From contig CAZOZL010000002.1 of NCBI GenBank assembly GCA_964584305.1, forward strand, positions 211,336 through 275,335: a stretch of DNA of 64,000 bases. Reading direction: 5' to 3'. The notes beneath the pieces were generated by a model that did no database searches, was not told the DNA's origin, and saw only the letters and a list, made by a program, of their open reading frames with translations. The position numbers and the translations under genes are program-made. The stretch is from an uncultured Burkholderiales bacterium. GTDB taxonomy: Bacteria > Bacteroidota > Bacteroidia > UBA8524. Shown piece after piece: positions 46,559-57,066 of this stretch (position 1 is its first letter; every line of letters begins with the position of its first letter).

Positions 46559-49048
46559 TTACTTAAGTCCCAAGATACGTTTCCAAAGCGACCGCTTAGC
46601 AGGTGCTTCTTCTTCGTAGTAACCATAACCACCATAACTCCCGTAACCGTAACCATAGCCGTAACCATAACCGTAGCCATAACCATAACCATATTGATTA
46701 CCTGCTTTAACATCATTCATTATGATATTAATATTTTTTACCTGCTGTTGTTTATACAAATCGTCAACAAACAATACCATATCCTTAACAGTGTAGTTTT
46801 GGCGTACTACATATAGATTTATATCAGAATATTTCATCAACTCAGAGGCGTCTGATACTACACCAAATGGCGGTGTATCCATAACCACATAGTCAAACTC
46901 TTCTTGTAGTTCTTTTAATAATGAAATAAAACTATCACTCAATAACAACTCTGACGGGTTTGGAGGTGTTGGTCCTGCGGCTATAAAATATAAGTTTTCA
47001 AACTTCGTTTTTTGAATGATCTGCTCTTTCGTTGACCTACCTATTGAGTAGGTAGAAATTCCATGTTCATTAGTCAATTCAAAATCATTATAAATTTTAG
47101 GTTTTCTCAAATCTAACCCTATCAAAAGGGTTTTCTTCTTTCCAAAAGCTAAAATACTTGCCGTATTTATTGAACAAAATGTTTTCCCCTCACCACTTAT
47201 ACTTGAGGTTATTAGAATGGTAAGGTTGTTCTGTTTTTCACCCGACAAAAATTGCAAACTACTCCTAATAGCTCTAAACTGCTCACTAACTGATGACTTA
47301 GGGTTATTATACACCACCAAATTAGTTTCTTTATCGCTATGCCCTATGCCCCCAATAACGGGTATATTGGTTATTTTTTTTATGTCTTCAGTACTACGAA
47401 TTTTATTGTTAAAAAACTCAATAATTGAAATAATTAAAATAGGTAGTATTGCTCCTAACAAGCCTCCCGTTAAAAAGTTAACTCCACTTTGTGGGCTAAT
47501 TTTTTCTTTAACACTTGCCCTATCAATAATTTTGTTATCTGGCTTTGTTGATGCTTTTAAAATTCCTAACTCAGCCCTTCGTTGTAAAAGAAAATTATAA
47601 ATGCCCTCATTCACCATAAATTTCCTCTGAATTACAAAAAACTCTCGTTCTTTACTTGGCAGCAAGTTTATTTCAGATTGTAATTTACCTAACCGTGTCT
47701 CTACCTCGTCTTCAGCAATTTTAACACTTTGCTGCATATTCTTAACCACCTCTAATAAACCCGCACTGTACTGATTAATTGCCTCTAACTGTTTTTTATA
47801 AATTGGATTTATATCTGTACCAGTTTGCTTGGTTTTCTTAAACTCAATTTGCAAATCAACTAATTTCTGGATACGCTCTCGAAGATCATCGCTCTCTATT
47901 CCTATAAGAGAAGGTGCAATAAGGTCTGATGTGTAATCTTTTTTATTTATATATTCAGAAAGGTAATTAAGGTAACTGGTTTGTAATTTTATTTGTGCTC
48001 TCTCTTCAAGAATACTATTTAAGCGAGTAAGTAATAAACCACCTTGTGCAGAAAGATCAATAGCATTCTTATTTACTCTAAACTTTTCTAAATGATCTTC
48101 GACTAGTTGTAAAGAATCGCTAATGGTTGAAAGCTGACTTTCAATAAAATGAATAGCACTTTGGGCAATTTTATTTTTCTCTTCCAAGCCCACTTCCATA
48201 AAAATATCTTGTAGCTTATTTATATAAGCTTTCATTTTTTCACGGCTATTTCCTTGCAACTTTATACTTACACCTGCTGACCCTTTTGAAAGAGCATCAA
48301 GTTGTAAGTTTTTTCTAAAAGCGTTTACAACATCTTTATTTTTGTTTAATACAATTTTTACTTTAGCACCCTTTGAAAAACTTTTAGTGCTAATGATTTT
48401 AAATTTATAGCAACTTGATTGTATCCACTCTCCATATTTCTTTTCTCCTGCTGGGTATTCACAATCTTTTACTTTAACTGGCTCTTGGGTATTCAGCATA
48501 GAGTTAATGCCTACTTGTGGCATAGAAACTATATATTTATTATCATCAACACTTTCTACTATTATAACTCCGCCAAGTGGTTGAGGGGACACAGTATCAA
48601 AAACAATTTTCACAGGTGATTCTACACCAAAAACTTCATTTGATACAGCTCTTCCAACGGTATAATAACTGGTATTAAACTCTGAGTCTTTTATAACCCT
48701 TGCATGCAACTCATACGATTTAAGGACTAATAAAGAGTTCTCAAATATTAATCTTGAATCTGAAAAGAATATTGATTGTATGCTTGAACCTAACCCTTGT
48801 TTGTTTTGCTCCTCTTGCAAAAGCATTGTGCCTTCTACCGAATACACGGGTTTGGTGTATCTGTTTACTAAAAACGAGCCAAAAAGACCTACCAAAACAC
48901 TAAGTATAATAAAAGGAAGGATATTTAGTACATTAGTGAACAAAAACTTCTTTATATCAAAGCCCTCTTGGGTTTCTTGCTCAATAGCACCATTTGGGAT
49001 TATGTAATCAGTATTTCCAGTATTGTCCGAAGAAGATATTTTCATCAA
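46559..49048 (-). CDS. wzc: Wzc-type polysaccharide co-polymerase / BY-tyrosine kinase (PCP-2a)
   Basis: N-terminal Wzz-like domain with a TM helix, a long coiled-coil periplasmic region and a second TM helix. C-terminal P-loop ATPase with Walker A SISGEGKT and Walker B VVMDTPP, followed by a Tyr-rich tail. Confidence 0.9.
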   Translation of the reverse strand: MMKISSSDNTGNTDYIIPNGAIEQETQEGFDIKKFLFTNVLNILPFIILSVLVGLFGSFLVNRYTKPVYSVEGTMLLQEEQNKQGLGSSIQSIFFSDSRLIFENSLLVLKSYELHARVIKDSEFNTSYYTVGRAVSNEVFGVESPVKIVFDTVSPQPLGGVIIVESVDDNKYIVSMPQVGINSMLNTQEPVKVKDCEYPAGEKKYGEWIQSSCYKFKIISTKSFSKGAKVKIVLNKNKDVVNAFRKNLQLDALSKGSAGVSIKLQGNSREKMKAYINKLQDIFMEVGLEEKNKIAQSAIHFIESQLSTISDSLQLVEDHLEKFRVNKNAIDLSAQGGLLLTRLNSILEERAQIKLQTSYLNYLSEYINKKDYTSDLIAPSLIGIESDDLRERIQKLVDLQIEFKKTKQTGTDINPIYKKQLEAINQYSAGLLEVVKNMQQSVKIAEDEVETRLGKLQSEINLLPSKEREFFVIQRKFMVNEGIYNFLLQRRAELGILKASTKPDNKIIDRASVKEKISPQSGVNFLTGGLLGAILPILIISIIEFFNNKIRSTEDIKKITNIPVIGGIGHSDKETNLVVYNNPKSSVSEQFRAIRSSLQFLSGEKQNNLTILITSSISGEGKTFCSINTASILAFGKKKTLLIGLDLRKPKIYNDFELTNEHGISTYSIGRSTKEQIIQKTKFENLYFIAAGPTPPNPSELLLSDSFISLLKELQEEFDYVVMDTPPFGVVSDASELMKYSDINLYVVRQNYTVKDMVLFVDDLYKQQQVKNINIIMNDVKAGNQYGYGYGYGYGYGYGYGYGSYGGYGYYEEEAPAKRSLWKRILGLK
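46612..46696 (-). repeat. In-frame hexanucleotide microsatellite (ccRtaR)n encoding the Wzc C-terminal (GY)n tyrosine cluster GYGYGYGYGYGYGYGYGSYGGYGYY
   Basis: The plus strand reads ccataaccgtaaccatagccgtaaccataaccgtagccataacc..., i.e. about 12 tandem GGn-TAY codon pairs. Confidence 0.9.
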
Positions 49049-49058
49049 TTTTTTACTA

Positions 49059-49859
49059 TTATCGGTTAATGAATGTTACTACTACTAATGTTGCTGAAAG
49101 GATAGAAAGAATTGTAGTTAAGGTTTGTAACCCATTAACTCCCACTCCGTAAGCTCTCCGCTTCAAGGGTTCAACATATAAAACATCATTAGGCTGTAAA
49201 TAAAAGTATGGAGAGTTAATCACATTTTTATCTAAAATATCTATGTAGTGTATTTTAGCCCCATCAGGATACTGCCTTAATAGTACAATTTTATCTCTTC
49301 GTGCTATTTCTTTTAAGTCGCCCCCAGTAGCAAGTGCCTCAAAAATATTCACTTGGTTCTGCATAACTACGTACTTACCTGGTCGGTTAAATTCTCCTAA
49401 AAGTGAGAATCTGACGCCCCCAATTCTTACCACAACATACACACCTGATTGAAGTTTTTTTATCTCTTCCCCAATCTTTTTTTCTGCCTGAAAAACTGTT
49501 AACCCATCAACTTTAATAAGCCCTATAACAGGGAAATTTATATAACCAGAATCATTAATAGTGTATCCGCTTGTATAAAACAAATCACCTCCTTGTGCCG
49601 CACTTACGTTACCCATATTTTGAGCGGCTTGGTTATCAAATGTAAAAAAACTTGTAAACTCTTTATTAGCACCAATCACATCAATATTTATAATATCGTT
49701 AGTTTGTAATCTATACAGCTTCCTATCAAGTTTAAAACTATCTGAATATGAAACATTATCATCCTTTTCTTGTAGATAGACCACTTTCTTGTTTGATATA
49801 CAAGATCCTAAAAAAAGGGTTACAAGTAAAAAAATTGTAAATTTAAACTGTTGCTTCAT
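49059..49859 (-). CDS. wza: Wza-like polysaccharide export outer-membrane lipoprotein (short Bacteroidetes form)
   Basis: Lipobox LFLGSC, a Poly_export (PES) motif region and an SLBB-like domain. It lies immediately upstream of wzc. Confidence 0.85.
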   Translation of the reverse strand: MKQQFKFTIFLLVTLFLGSCISNKKVVYLQEKDDNVSYSDSFKLDRKLYRLQTNDIINIDVIGANKEFTSFFTFDNQAAQNMGNVSAAQGGDLFYTSGYTINDSGYINFPVIGLIKVDGLTVFQAEKKIGEEIKKLQSGVYVVVRIGGVRFSLLGEFNRPGKYVVMQNQVNIFEALATGGDLKEIARRDKIVLLRQYPDGAKIHYIDILDKNVINSPYFYLQPNDVLYVEPLKRRAYGVGVNGLQTLTTILSILSATLVVVTFINR

Positions 49860-50025
49860 ATATGCTAATACGTTTAATTTCTAACCGCTATAACCTGTTT
49901 CACTACTTGTAAAACAGATGGATTATGGTGGTATAATCTATTTAATTTTGGAAAGTTATTTAAAACTGCTTTTAAAATTTTGCAAATATATGTGTTTTGA
50001 AGTAATGAAACGTGCAAAGTCAGCA

Positions 50026-51021
50026 TTAACTAATCATAGTTATTTGTTGCTCAATAATTTTTGCTATTTGCACTGCATTTGTAGCCGCCCCTTTTCGCAA
50101 GTTATCAGCTACAACCCACATATTTAGACCGTTATCCAGCGACATATCCCTACGCAACCGCCCCACAAAAACCTCATTTTTATTTGCCGCCGTTATAGGC
50201 ATAGGGTATTTTAATTGGGTTATATCATCCACAACCTCAATACCATTAGTATTGTTTAATATTCTTTTTACTTCGTTTATATCAAACGGTTTTTCAAACT
50301 CAATATTAACTGACTCCGAGTGTCCTCCTATTACAGGCACTCGTACTGCGGTAGCCGTAATTTTAATACTATTATCATTCAATATTTTTTGAGTTTCGTT
50401 TACCAACTTCATTTCTTCTTTGGTATATCCATTTTCTAAAAAAACATCGCATTGAGGGATACAATTCATATCGATGGTGTAAGGGTAAGCCATTTCCCCT
50501 TCAATTCCTTTTCTTTCGTTTTGCAATTGAGTTACCGCTTTTTGCCCTGTACCTGTTATAGATTGATAGGTGGATATTACCAAACGTTTTATAGTGTACT
50601 GTATATGCAATGGTGCTAATGCCATTACCATTTGTATGGTGGAGCAATTGGGGTTGGCTATTATTTTATCATCAAGGGTAAGAGTAGCACCGTTAATTTC
50701 AGGCACTATTAGTTTTATGTTTTTATCCATGCGCCAAGCACTACTATTATCTATTACTACAGTGCCTACTGCTGCAAACTTTGGAGCTTCTTGTTTTGAA
50801 ATATCACCCCCCGCCGAAAATAAAGCAATATGAGGCTGTTTCGCTATTGCATCTGCCATGCTAAGTATAGTATAGTCTTTCCCCCTAAAATGAAGTTTTT
50901 TACCCACAGATTTCTCGGAGGCAACGGGGTAAAACTCTGAAATAGGAAAATTCTCCTCTTCAAGAACTTTCATTATCATGCTGCCTACTAAACCAGTGGC
51001 TCCTACTAAGGCTACTTTCAT
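50026..51021 (-). CDS. asd: Aspartate-semialdehyde dehydrogenase
   Basis: VALVGATGLVG NAD(P) motif, catalytic Cys in NPNCSTIQ, and His in GGHSES. Confidence 0.9.
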   Translation of the reverse strand: MKVALVGATGLVGSMIMKVLEEENFPISEFYPVASEKSVGKKLHFRGKDYTILSMADAIAKQPHIALFSAGGDISKQEAPKFAAVGTVVIDNSSAWRMDKNIKLIVPEINGATLTLDDKIIANPNCSTIQMVMALAPLHIQYTIKRLVISTYQSITGTGQKAVTQLQNERKGIEGEMAYPYTIDMNCIPQCDVFLENGYTKEEMKLVNETQKILNDNSIKITATAVRVPVIGGHSESVNIEFEKPFDINEVKRILNNTNGIEVVDDITQLKYPMPITAANKNEVFVGRLRRDMSLDNGLNMWVVADNLRKGAATNAVQIAKIIEQQITMIS

Positions 51022-51043
51022 TACTAAATTTTATATGCCGCTA

Positions 51044-52558
51044 TTATTGTTTTATAAAAGCTGTGGAACTAATAGTACTATTGCTATGGTGTAAACGAAG
51101 ATAATACAACCCATTAGTTAAATTCTCTATATTAAAATATAAACTCCCATCTGTTAATTTTATATAGGTTTTTAATACTACCCTCCCCATTGCATCATAA
51201 ATTTCTATCTTATCTACATTGGTTTCAGTATCCAGTATAATATTTAAGTGTTTTGATGCAGGATTTGGATATACCTGTATAGCGATTTCTTTGGTTTCAC
51301 TAAGCCCTGTAAAAAAGCCTCGTGCTATGCGTAAATCATTTGTATCGTTACACATAAACTTATAGCCTATAATATCCGCCTCAACCGTCCACTTTAGTTC
51401 TTGACTAATCCAGTTTTTTCCAAAAATTTTATCCAAAGAATCTCTTAAATCTCCATAGCGAATGATATAGGTAGTATCGTTTGTGTTTTTACTTAATTTA
51501 AAAATAGGGTTTTCAAAATCTAAAGTAGCTGCTTCTGAAAACAGTATCGCATACTTTGCCACATTAGGGAGACCTGTATTTGTTTTGTTCCATGAGAAGA
51601 TAATAGAATCAGTAGTGTTTTTCTCTAATTTAAAAACAGCATTATCAATAGGGGTTTTAAGAAAGAAGGGGGTGTTTTCAAAACGCATTAACCCTCGTAA
51701 AAGACTTATACGATTAGCATCAGTAACAAAAAACTGCTCTCCGTTGCCAAACACTTCAATTGTCCATTTATAGGTTTTGGGGGTGTTTATAGGTATTCCT
51801 TCATCATACATCATTTGTGCTAATACATCTTGTCTCAAATCAAACAAGGTATCAGATGAAATAGGAATATCAAAAAAGTACAATGGCTTGCTAAAATCCC
51901 CACTCAAATTATCAAACAAAATTCTGTATTCTGGAGCATCACAACCTGCTGGGCAGGTAGCCTTAGTCCATTGGAATTTTAAATTGACAGAGGGGTTGTC
52001 TTCCACAAAAAAACTTGAGTTATCTAATGGGAAGCTAAGAGTTACGGGCACATATTCAGTATCAAACTGCCCTCTCACAAAGGTTATTGTTTTGGTTTGT
52101 GTTTGTCTATTTTCATAAGTAGGTCCAAATCCAACGGCGTTACTCATTATTATCCACTCAAGTGTAATACTATCGCCCTGCTTAAATCGCTTTTTATACT
52201 TCTTATTCAGTACAAAATCCAACTCATCAGCCAAGTATTCTAATGATATCTCCATTATAGTATCATTAAAAAAGGTAGCACAGCAAAGTTCACTCACAAT
52301 AGACCATGGATTACCAAACCCGCCTCCAATAGTGTCTAATTGAAATGAATAAAGAAGGGTTGAATTAGGCACATTCAAATCGGCACTTGTCCACTTAAAA
52401 TTTAATTTAGTGGTTTTATCTCCTTTAAGTTCTACCCTATAATTATCTGCAACGGCAGTGCTGCTAAACGCTTTACTAATTTGAGCATCAGCGTTATAAC
52501 ATACCGAAGCAAACATAAAAAAGCTTACTAAAATTTTACCTACCTTCATTATTATCAA
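51044..52558 (-). CDS. Secreted protein of unknown function with a T9SS C-terminal sorting domain (type A CTD)
   Basis: Signal peptide. The C-terminal ~80 aa (IQVYPNPASKHLNI...YDAMGRVV...NGLYYLRL) matches the Por_Secre_tail pattern. Confidence 0.8.
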   Translation of the reverse strand: MIIMKVGKILVSFFMFASVCYNADAQISKAFSSTAVADNYRVELKGDKTTKLNFKWTSADLNVPNSTLLYSFQLDTIGGGFGNPWSIVSELCCATFFNDTIMEISLEYLADELDFVLNKKYKKRFKQGDSITLEWIIMSNAVGFGPTYENRQTQTKTITFVRGQFDTEYVPVTLSFPLDNSSFFVEDNPSVNLKFQWTKATCPAGCDAPEYRILFDNLSGDFSKPLYFFDIPISSDTLFDLRQDVLAQMMYDEGIPINTPKTYKWTIEVFGNGEQFFVTDANRISLLRGLMRFENTPFFLKTPIDNAVFKLEKNTTDSIIFSWNKTNTGLPNVAKYAILFSEAATLDFENPIFKLSKNTNDTTYIIRYGDLRDSLDKIFGKNWISQELKWTVEADIIGYKFMCNDTNDLRIARGFFTGLSETKEIAIQVYPNPASKHLNIILDTETNVDKIEIYDAMGRVVLKTYIKLTDGSLYFNIENLTNGLYYLRLHHSNSTISSTAFIKQ

Positions 52559-52673
52559 AGCCTTTAGTTATACTTGAAGCTCCAAAGATACCAATTGTTT
52601 AATATTTTTGTTGGGTCAATTTTTTTTACCCGCTTTTTTTCTATCTTTGCCGTCCTTTAAAAATTACACTTAC

Positions 52674-52838
52674 ATGGCACAAAAAAGAACATACCAGCCT
52701 TCGGTAAGAAAAAGACGTAACAAACACGGCTTTAGAGAGAGAATGGCGACTAAAAACGGTCGGAAAGTGCTGGCAAGACGCAGAGCCAAAGGCAGAAAAA
52801 AACTTACCGTATCAAGCGAAGGAAAACATAAGGCTTAA
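52674..52838 (+). CDS. rpmH: 50S ribosomal protein L34
   Basis: [46 protein letters not shown] is highly conserved L34. An internal ATG at 52674 is preferred over the ORF-track start at 52608. Confidence 0.9.
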   Translation: MAQKRTYQPSVRKRRNKHGFRERMATKNGRKVLARRRAKGRKKLTVSSEGKHKA

Positions 52839-52870
52839 CTTTTGTTAGGTCTTTTTTTATTTGAATAATT

Positions 52871-53269
52871 TTGGTAAATCAAAGGTTTACTAAAAATGAA
52901 CGTTTGACGGCAAAAAAAATAATTGACCGCCTTTTTAAAGAACCTACGGGTTCTTTTTTTGCTTATCCTATCCATTTCACTTATACACTAAGCAGTGTGT
53001 CCACCAATGCACCTGCACAAGTCTTAATTACTGTACCCAAAAGAAATTTTAAAAAAGCCCACGATAGAAATCGTATTAAAAGACAATTGCGCGAGATTTA
53101 TCGAAAAAATAAACCCATATTATATGATTGTTTAACTTCGGAGCAACAAAAGGCGTGCTTTTTGATAGGGTATGTAGCAAAACAACATATACGAACAGAT
53201 GCTTTGGAGCAAAAGATTGTTGGCTTGTTTAAACAATTTGCTAATGCAATGGCTAAAGATAATACTTAG
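52871..53269 (+). CDS. rnpA: Ribonuclease P protein component
   Basis: Basic ~130-aa protein with an RNR-type motif ([12 protein letters not shown]). Canonical rpmH-rnpA-yidD order. Confidence 0.85.
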   Translation: MVNQRFTKNERLTAKKIIDRLFKEPTGSFFAYPIHFTYTLSSVSTNAPAQVLITVPKRNFKKAHDRNRIKRQLREIYRKNKPILYDCLTSEQQKACFLIGYVAKQHIRTDALEQKIVGLFKQFANAMAKDNT

Positions 53270-53477
53270 TACGCCCCTTATTTTACTGGTAAAAATTTAC
53301 CAGTGGTTTATCTCGCCTTTGCTGCCGCCAACGTGCCGCTATACTCCTACGTGTTCTGTATATGCAGTGCAAGCATTAAAAAAATACGGCCCACTAAAAG
53401 GGGGATATTTGGCAATAAAACGAATATGGAGTTGCAACGGTTACTGGGGCGGTAGCGGATACGACCCTTTAAAATAA
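53244..53477 (+). CDS. yidD: Membrane protein insertion efficiency factor YidD
   Basis: Signature [23 protein letters not shown]...GYDP. Start placed at the internal Met (MQWLK), overlapping the rnpA end. Confidence 0.85.
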   Translation: MQWLKIILSTPLILLVKIYQWFISPLLPPTCRYTPTCSVYAVQALKKYGPLKGGYLAIKRIWSCNGYWGGSGYDPLK

Positions 53478-53542
53478 TTTGCCTCTTGCACTCGTTTTAA
53501 GAGTAGAATAACATAGAATTTTGTAAATAATTTAACCACCCT

Positions 53543-55210
53543 ATGGAACGCATACAATCTTTTTTAAAAAATAAACGCAAAGTAGTTATCACTACATTGG
53601 TAGTATTTGGTTTAGGTTTTACAGCCTTTAAAAGTGTTGATGAATACTTTGCAATATCAAAAAACATAGATATTTACACTACGCTTTATAAACAGGTAAA
53701 CACCTACTATGTAGATGAGATAGAGCCTGCCAAACTAATGCGAAAGGGTATTGATGCTATGCTAAACTCGTTAGACCCGTACACCAACTTTATTAGCGAG
53801 AGCGAGATTGAAGACTATCGTTTCCAAATAACGGGGCAGTATGGTGGCATAGGTGCTGCTATTGTAAAAAGAGACCATTATATAGCTATTAGAGAACCTT
53901 ATGAGGGCTTTGCGGCGCAAAAGAATGATTTACGTGCTGGCGATTTACTGATTGAAGCGGATGGAAAAAGTTTAAAATATTTAAGCATTAGCAAGGTGAG
54001 CAAGTTTTTGAAAGGGCAACCAAAAACCGAAGTTACACTAATAATTGAACGTGATGGAAAACGCATCACCAAAATATTTAAGCGTGAGGAAATTAAAATT
54101 AAAAATGTACCCTACTACGGTATGGTAAATGAAACCACAGGCTATATTGTACTTACAGAATTTAGAAGGAATGCGGGCAAAGATGTGGCAAATGCTTTGA
54201 AGGAGTTGAAGAAAAATGCCAGCATGAAATCGGTGATTTTAGATTTGCGAGGCAACCCTGGTGGCTTGCTGCACGAGTCTGTGAACATAGTAAACATATT
54301 TACCAAGCGCAACCAATTAGTAGTAAGCACTAAGGGTAAAGTAACCGAACTAAACCGTGATTATAAAACCATAAACCAACCTATTGATACTGAAATCCCA
54401 TTAGTAGTACTCACTAATAAAGGGTCGGCATCAGCATCAGAAATTGTATCGGGTACTATACAAGATTTGGATAGAGGTGTTGTAATAGGGCAACGTACTT
54501 TTGGTAAAGGCTTAGTACAATCTACCCGAATGCTTACCTATGGCACACAGCTAAAAATTACTACTCAAAAATACTATACCCCCAGTGGCAGGTGCATCCA
54601 AGCATTAGATTATAGCCACCGTAATGCCGATGGTTCTGTACCCAATATTCCTGATTCGCTACGTAAAAGTTTTAACACCAAAAACGGACGAAAAGTATTA
54701 GACGGCGCAGGTATAGACCCCGATATTAAAGTAAAGGGAACTAAAAACAGCAAAATAACTAAAAGCCTTATTCGTAAACTTTTAATTTTTGATTTTGCAA
54801 ATAAGTACAGAAACAGCCACAATAGTATTGCGACTGCCAAAACATTTAGCTTAACAGAAAAAGATTGGAACGCCTTTGTAGTCTTTTTACAAGATAAAGA
54901 TTACGGCTACCAAACTGATACTGAAAAAGCCCTTGCGAAGCTAAAAGAAAAAGCTACTAAAGAAGCGTATTTTGCAGGAATTAGTGAAGCATACACCCAG
55001 TTAGAAAAAGAATTGAAGCACGATAAAAAAGCTGATTTAGAAAAAAACAAAGCCGAAATAATAAAAGCATTAGAAAAAGAAATTGCCAGTAGGTACTATT
55101 ACCAACGGGCTAGATTTGAAGTTGCCTTTGATGATGATAAAGATATTATTGAAGCCATTGCTATACTTAACAATACTGAAAAATACAAAGCCCTTTTAGC
55201 AGGACAATAA
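53543..55210 (+). CDS. Carboxyl-terminal processing protease (S41 family, Ctp/Prc-like) with a PDZ domain
   Basis: The PDZ region (GDLLIEADG), the catalytic Ser in GSASASEI and the Lys in the TFGKGLVQ region. Confidence 0.85.
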   Translation: MERIQSFLKNKRKVVITTLVVFGLGFTAFKSVDEYFAISKNIDIYTTLYKQVNTYYVDEIEPAKLMRKGIDAMLNSLDPYTNFISESEIEDYRFQITGQYGGIGAAIVKRDHYIAIREPYEGFAAQKNDLRAGDLLIEADGKSLKYLSISKVSKFLKGQPKTEVTLIIERDGKRITKIFKREEIKIKNVPYYGMVNETTGYIVLTEFRRNAGKDVANALKELKKNASMKSVILDLRGNPGGLLHESVNIVNIFTKRNQLVVSTKGKVTELNRDYKTINQPIDTEIPLVVLTNKGSASASEIVSGTIQDLDRGVVIGQRTFGKGLVQSTRMLTYGTQLKITTQKYYTPSGRCIQALDYSHRNADGSVPNIPDSLRKSFNTKNGRKVLDGAGIDPDIKVKGTKNSKITKSLIRKLLIFDFANKYRNSHNSIATAKTFSLTEKDWNAFVVFLQDKDYGYQTDTEKALAKLKEKATKEAYFAGISEAYTQLEKELKHDKKADLEKNKAEIIKALEKEIASRYYYQRARFEVAFDDDKDIIEAIAILNNTEKYKALLAGQ

Positions 55211-55470
55211 GCCAAAAAAAACCGTACCTCTCCCCCACCACAACCCCAACTAATAAAGGAAAAACCTTTATAACCCTCAGCTTATAGTCCAGTTTTTTGT
55301 TATAAGTCCAAACAGCCGCACAGCCCTTTTATAACTTTAATGAAAGGTACACGAAGCACACACAAATCTATGCTAAAGGCTAAAAGCCAATAGTCAAAAA
55401 ATGAGCAATAGCCCCTTACAACGGTCTTTAATAGATAAAAGCCTATTTTTGTGCTTTTTATTATAAGATA

Positions 55471-56295
55471 TTGGATTTTAGTATTATTGATATAATTTTA
55501 CTGCTGTTAGCAGGTGCTTTGGGCGGTTTTATGTCTGGGTTGTTGGGCATTGGTGGAGGTATTATTTTTATTCCGATCCTTGATTTTGCTTTTAAGCGTT
55601 ACGGCATCCATACGGATGATTTGGTGCTATTTATTCTTGCCAACTCATTATTTATAATCATGTTTACAGGTTTGCTTAATAGTTATAAGCAATACCGTAT
55701 TAAAAATTTCCACCTCAAGCATATAGTTTCAACGGCCATACCTGCTGTAATATCAGGGTTAATTATGACCTATTTTATTAAAAATGGGACTTGGTATAGC
55801 AAAGAAAAATTTAACATCGTATTTTTAGCATTACTCACACCGCTTATTTTTAGGATGTTATATACTCGCAAAAAAATACCCGCTGAAGGTGCAGAAGAAG
55901 GTAAACTCTCAAAATTTAGCATCGCTGGTTTTTTTACAGGTATAGTTACTGCACTTTCAGGTTTGGGAGGCGGTGTAATTATGGTACCCACTTTCACCGA
56001 TATTTTAAAGGTTGATATTAAAAAAGCGACCTCAGTTTCTGCTGGCGTTGTTGCCCTAATAGCCCTTTCGCTTTCGGTAGGCAACTTGTTTTCTACCCCT
56101 CTAAACGCTGTTCCTATCCCCCATTTTGGCTATATAGCCTTCACAGTAGTGTTGCCTATAATAGTGGGTACTGTTTTTTCGGTAGGTTTTGGGGTTACAG
56201 TTGCACAAAAAACATCATCGCCAGTAATAAAAACCATTTTTGCCCTGTTCTCATTATTAGTAATAGCCAAAGTAGTTTACGAAACATTTTTTTAA
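55471..56295 (+). CDS. TauE/SafE (DUF81) family sulfite/anion exporter-like membrane protein
   Basis: Two internally duplicated 4-TM halves with GxxxG-rich helices (GALGGFMSGLLGIGGG; SGLGGGVIMVP). Confidence 0.8.
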   Translation: MDFSIIDIILLLLAGALGGFMSGLLGIGGGIIFIPILDFAFKRYGIHTDDLVLFILANSLFIIMFTGLLNSYKQYRIKNFHLKHIVSTAIPAVISGLIMTYFIKNGTWYSKEKFNIVFLALLTPLIFRMLYTRKKIPAEGAEEGKLSKFSIAGFFTGIVTALSGLGGGVIMVPTFTDILKVDIKKATSVSAGVVALIALSLSVGNLFSTPLNAVPIPHFGYIAFTVVLPIIVGTVFSVGFGVTVAQKTSSPVIKTIFALFSLLVIAKVVYETFF

Positions 56296-56298
56296 ACA

Positions 56299-56982
56299 GT
56301 GGCTTATATTATCAGCATAGAAACAGCAACGCCAGTAGGTTCAGTAGCCTTGCATAATAATGGCACACTATTAGCCCTTCGCAAAAACCACGACCAACGC
56401 AAACATGGTGAAAACATTACCCTGTTTGTAAATGAAGTGGTAAAAGAGGCAGGTATATCGCTGCAAAACATTGATGCTATTGCGGTAAGCAAAGGTCCTG
56501 GCTCATACACAGGTTTACGCATTGGTGTTAGTGCCGCCAAAGGGCTATGCTATGGGCTTAGTATTCCCCTTGTAGCTATAAACACATTGGAAGGGCTGGT
56601 GCACCATCCTTTATTAGACAGTTATAGAGAGAATGACATTCTTTTTTGCCCCATGATAGATGCACGAAGAATGGAAGTATATTGTGCACTATACACTAAT
56701 ACAGGCACGTTAGTACAAGATACACAAGCATTGGTAATTGATGACAATGCTTTTCACGCTCCACTTAATAAAAAACAAATACTATTTTTTGGTAGCGGGG
56801 CTGAGAAATGCAAAACCATACTAAACCATCCAAATACCCTATTTGTTGATGCAATTGAGGCATCAGCAGAAGTAGTGGGAAAATTGGTTTTTAAAAAATT
56901 TGAACAGCAACAATTTGAAAATATGGCATACTTTGAGCCATTTTATCTGAAAGAGTTTGTTGCCTTAGTCTCAAAAAAGTAA
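56299..56982 (+). CDS. tsaB: tRNA threonylcarbamoyladenosine biosynthesis protein TsaB (YeaZ)
   Basis: ILSIETATPVGSVAL..., AVSKGPGSYTGLRIG motif. Confidence 0.85.
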   Translation: MAYIISIETATPVGSVALHNNGTLLALRKNHDQRKHGENITLFVNEVVKEAGISLQNIDAIAVSKGPGSYTGLRIGVSAAKGLCYGLSIPLVAINTLEGLVHHPLLDSYRENDILFCPMIDARRMEVYCALYTNTGTLVQDTQALVIDDNAFHAPLNKKQILFFGSGAEKCKTILNHPNTLFVDAIEASAEVVGKLVFKKFEQQQFENMAYFEPFYLKEFVALVSKK

Positions 56983-57066
56983 AATTGTCGGTATTTTATG
57001 CTGGTGCATTTTTTGATAATATATATCATAGATTCAATAGCTTAACTTATTTAAATTTGTATCATT

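Noticed and set aside
46600-46700. Short tandem repeat considered as a possible CRISPR or other repeat array
   Set aside because: Period is 6 nt with no spacers. It is in frame inside wzc and encodes GY dipeptides. No cas genes in the window.
46501-46816. ORFs 46501-46716 (-) and 46532-46816 (+) with MVMATVMVT / VTITITPVTV-type low-complexity translations
   Set aside because: Alternative-frame readings of the (GY)n hexanucleotide repeat in the wzc tail, not genes.
52608-52673. ORF-track start of rpmH at 52608 (76 aa)
   Set aside because: The N-terminal 22 residues are hydrophobic, non-conserved read-through of the upstream region. Conserved L34 begins at the internal ATG at 52674.
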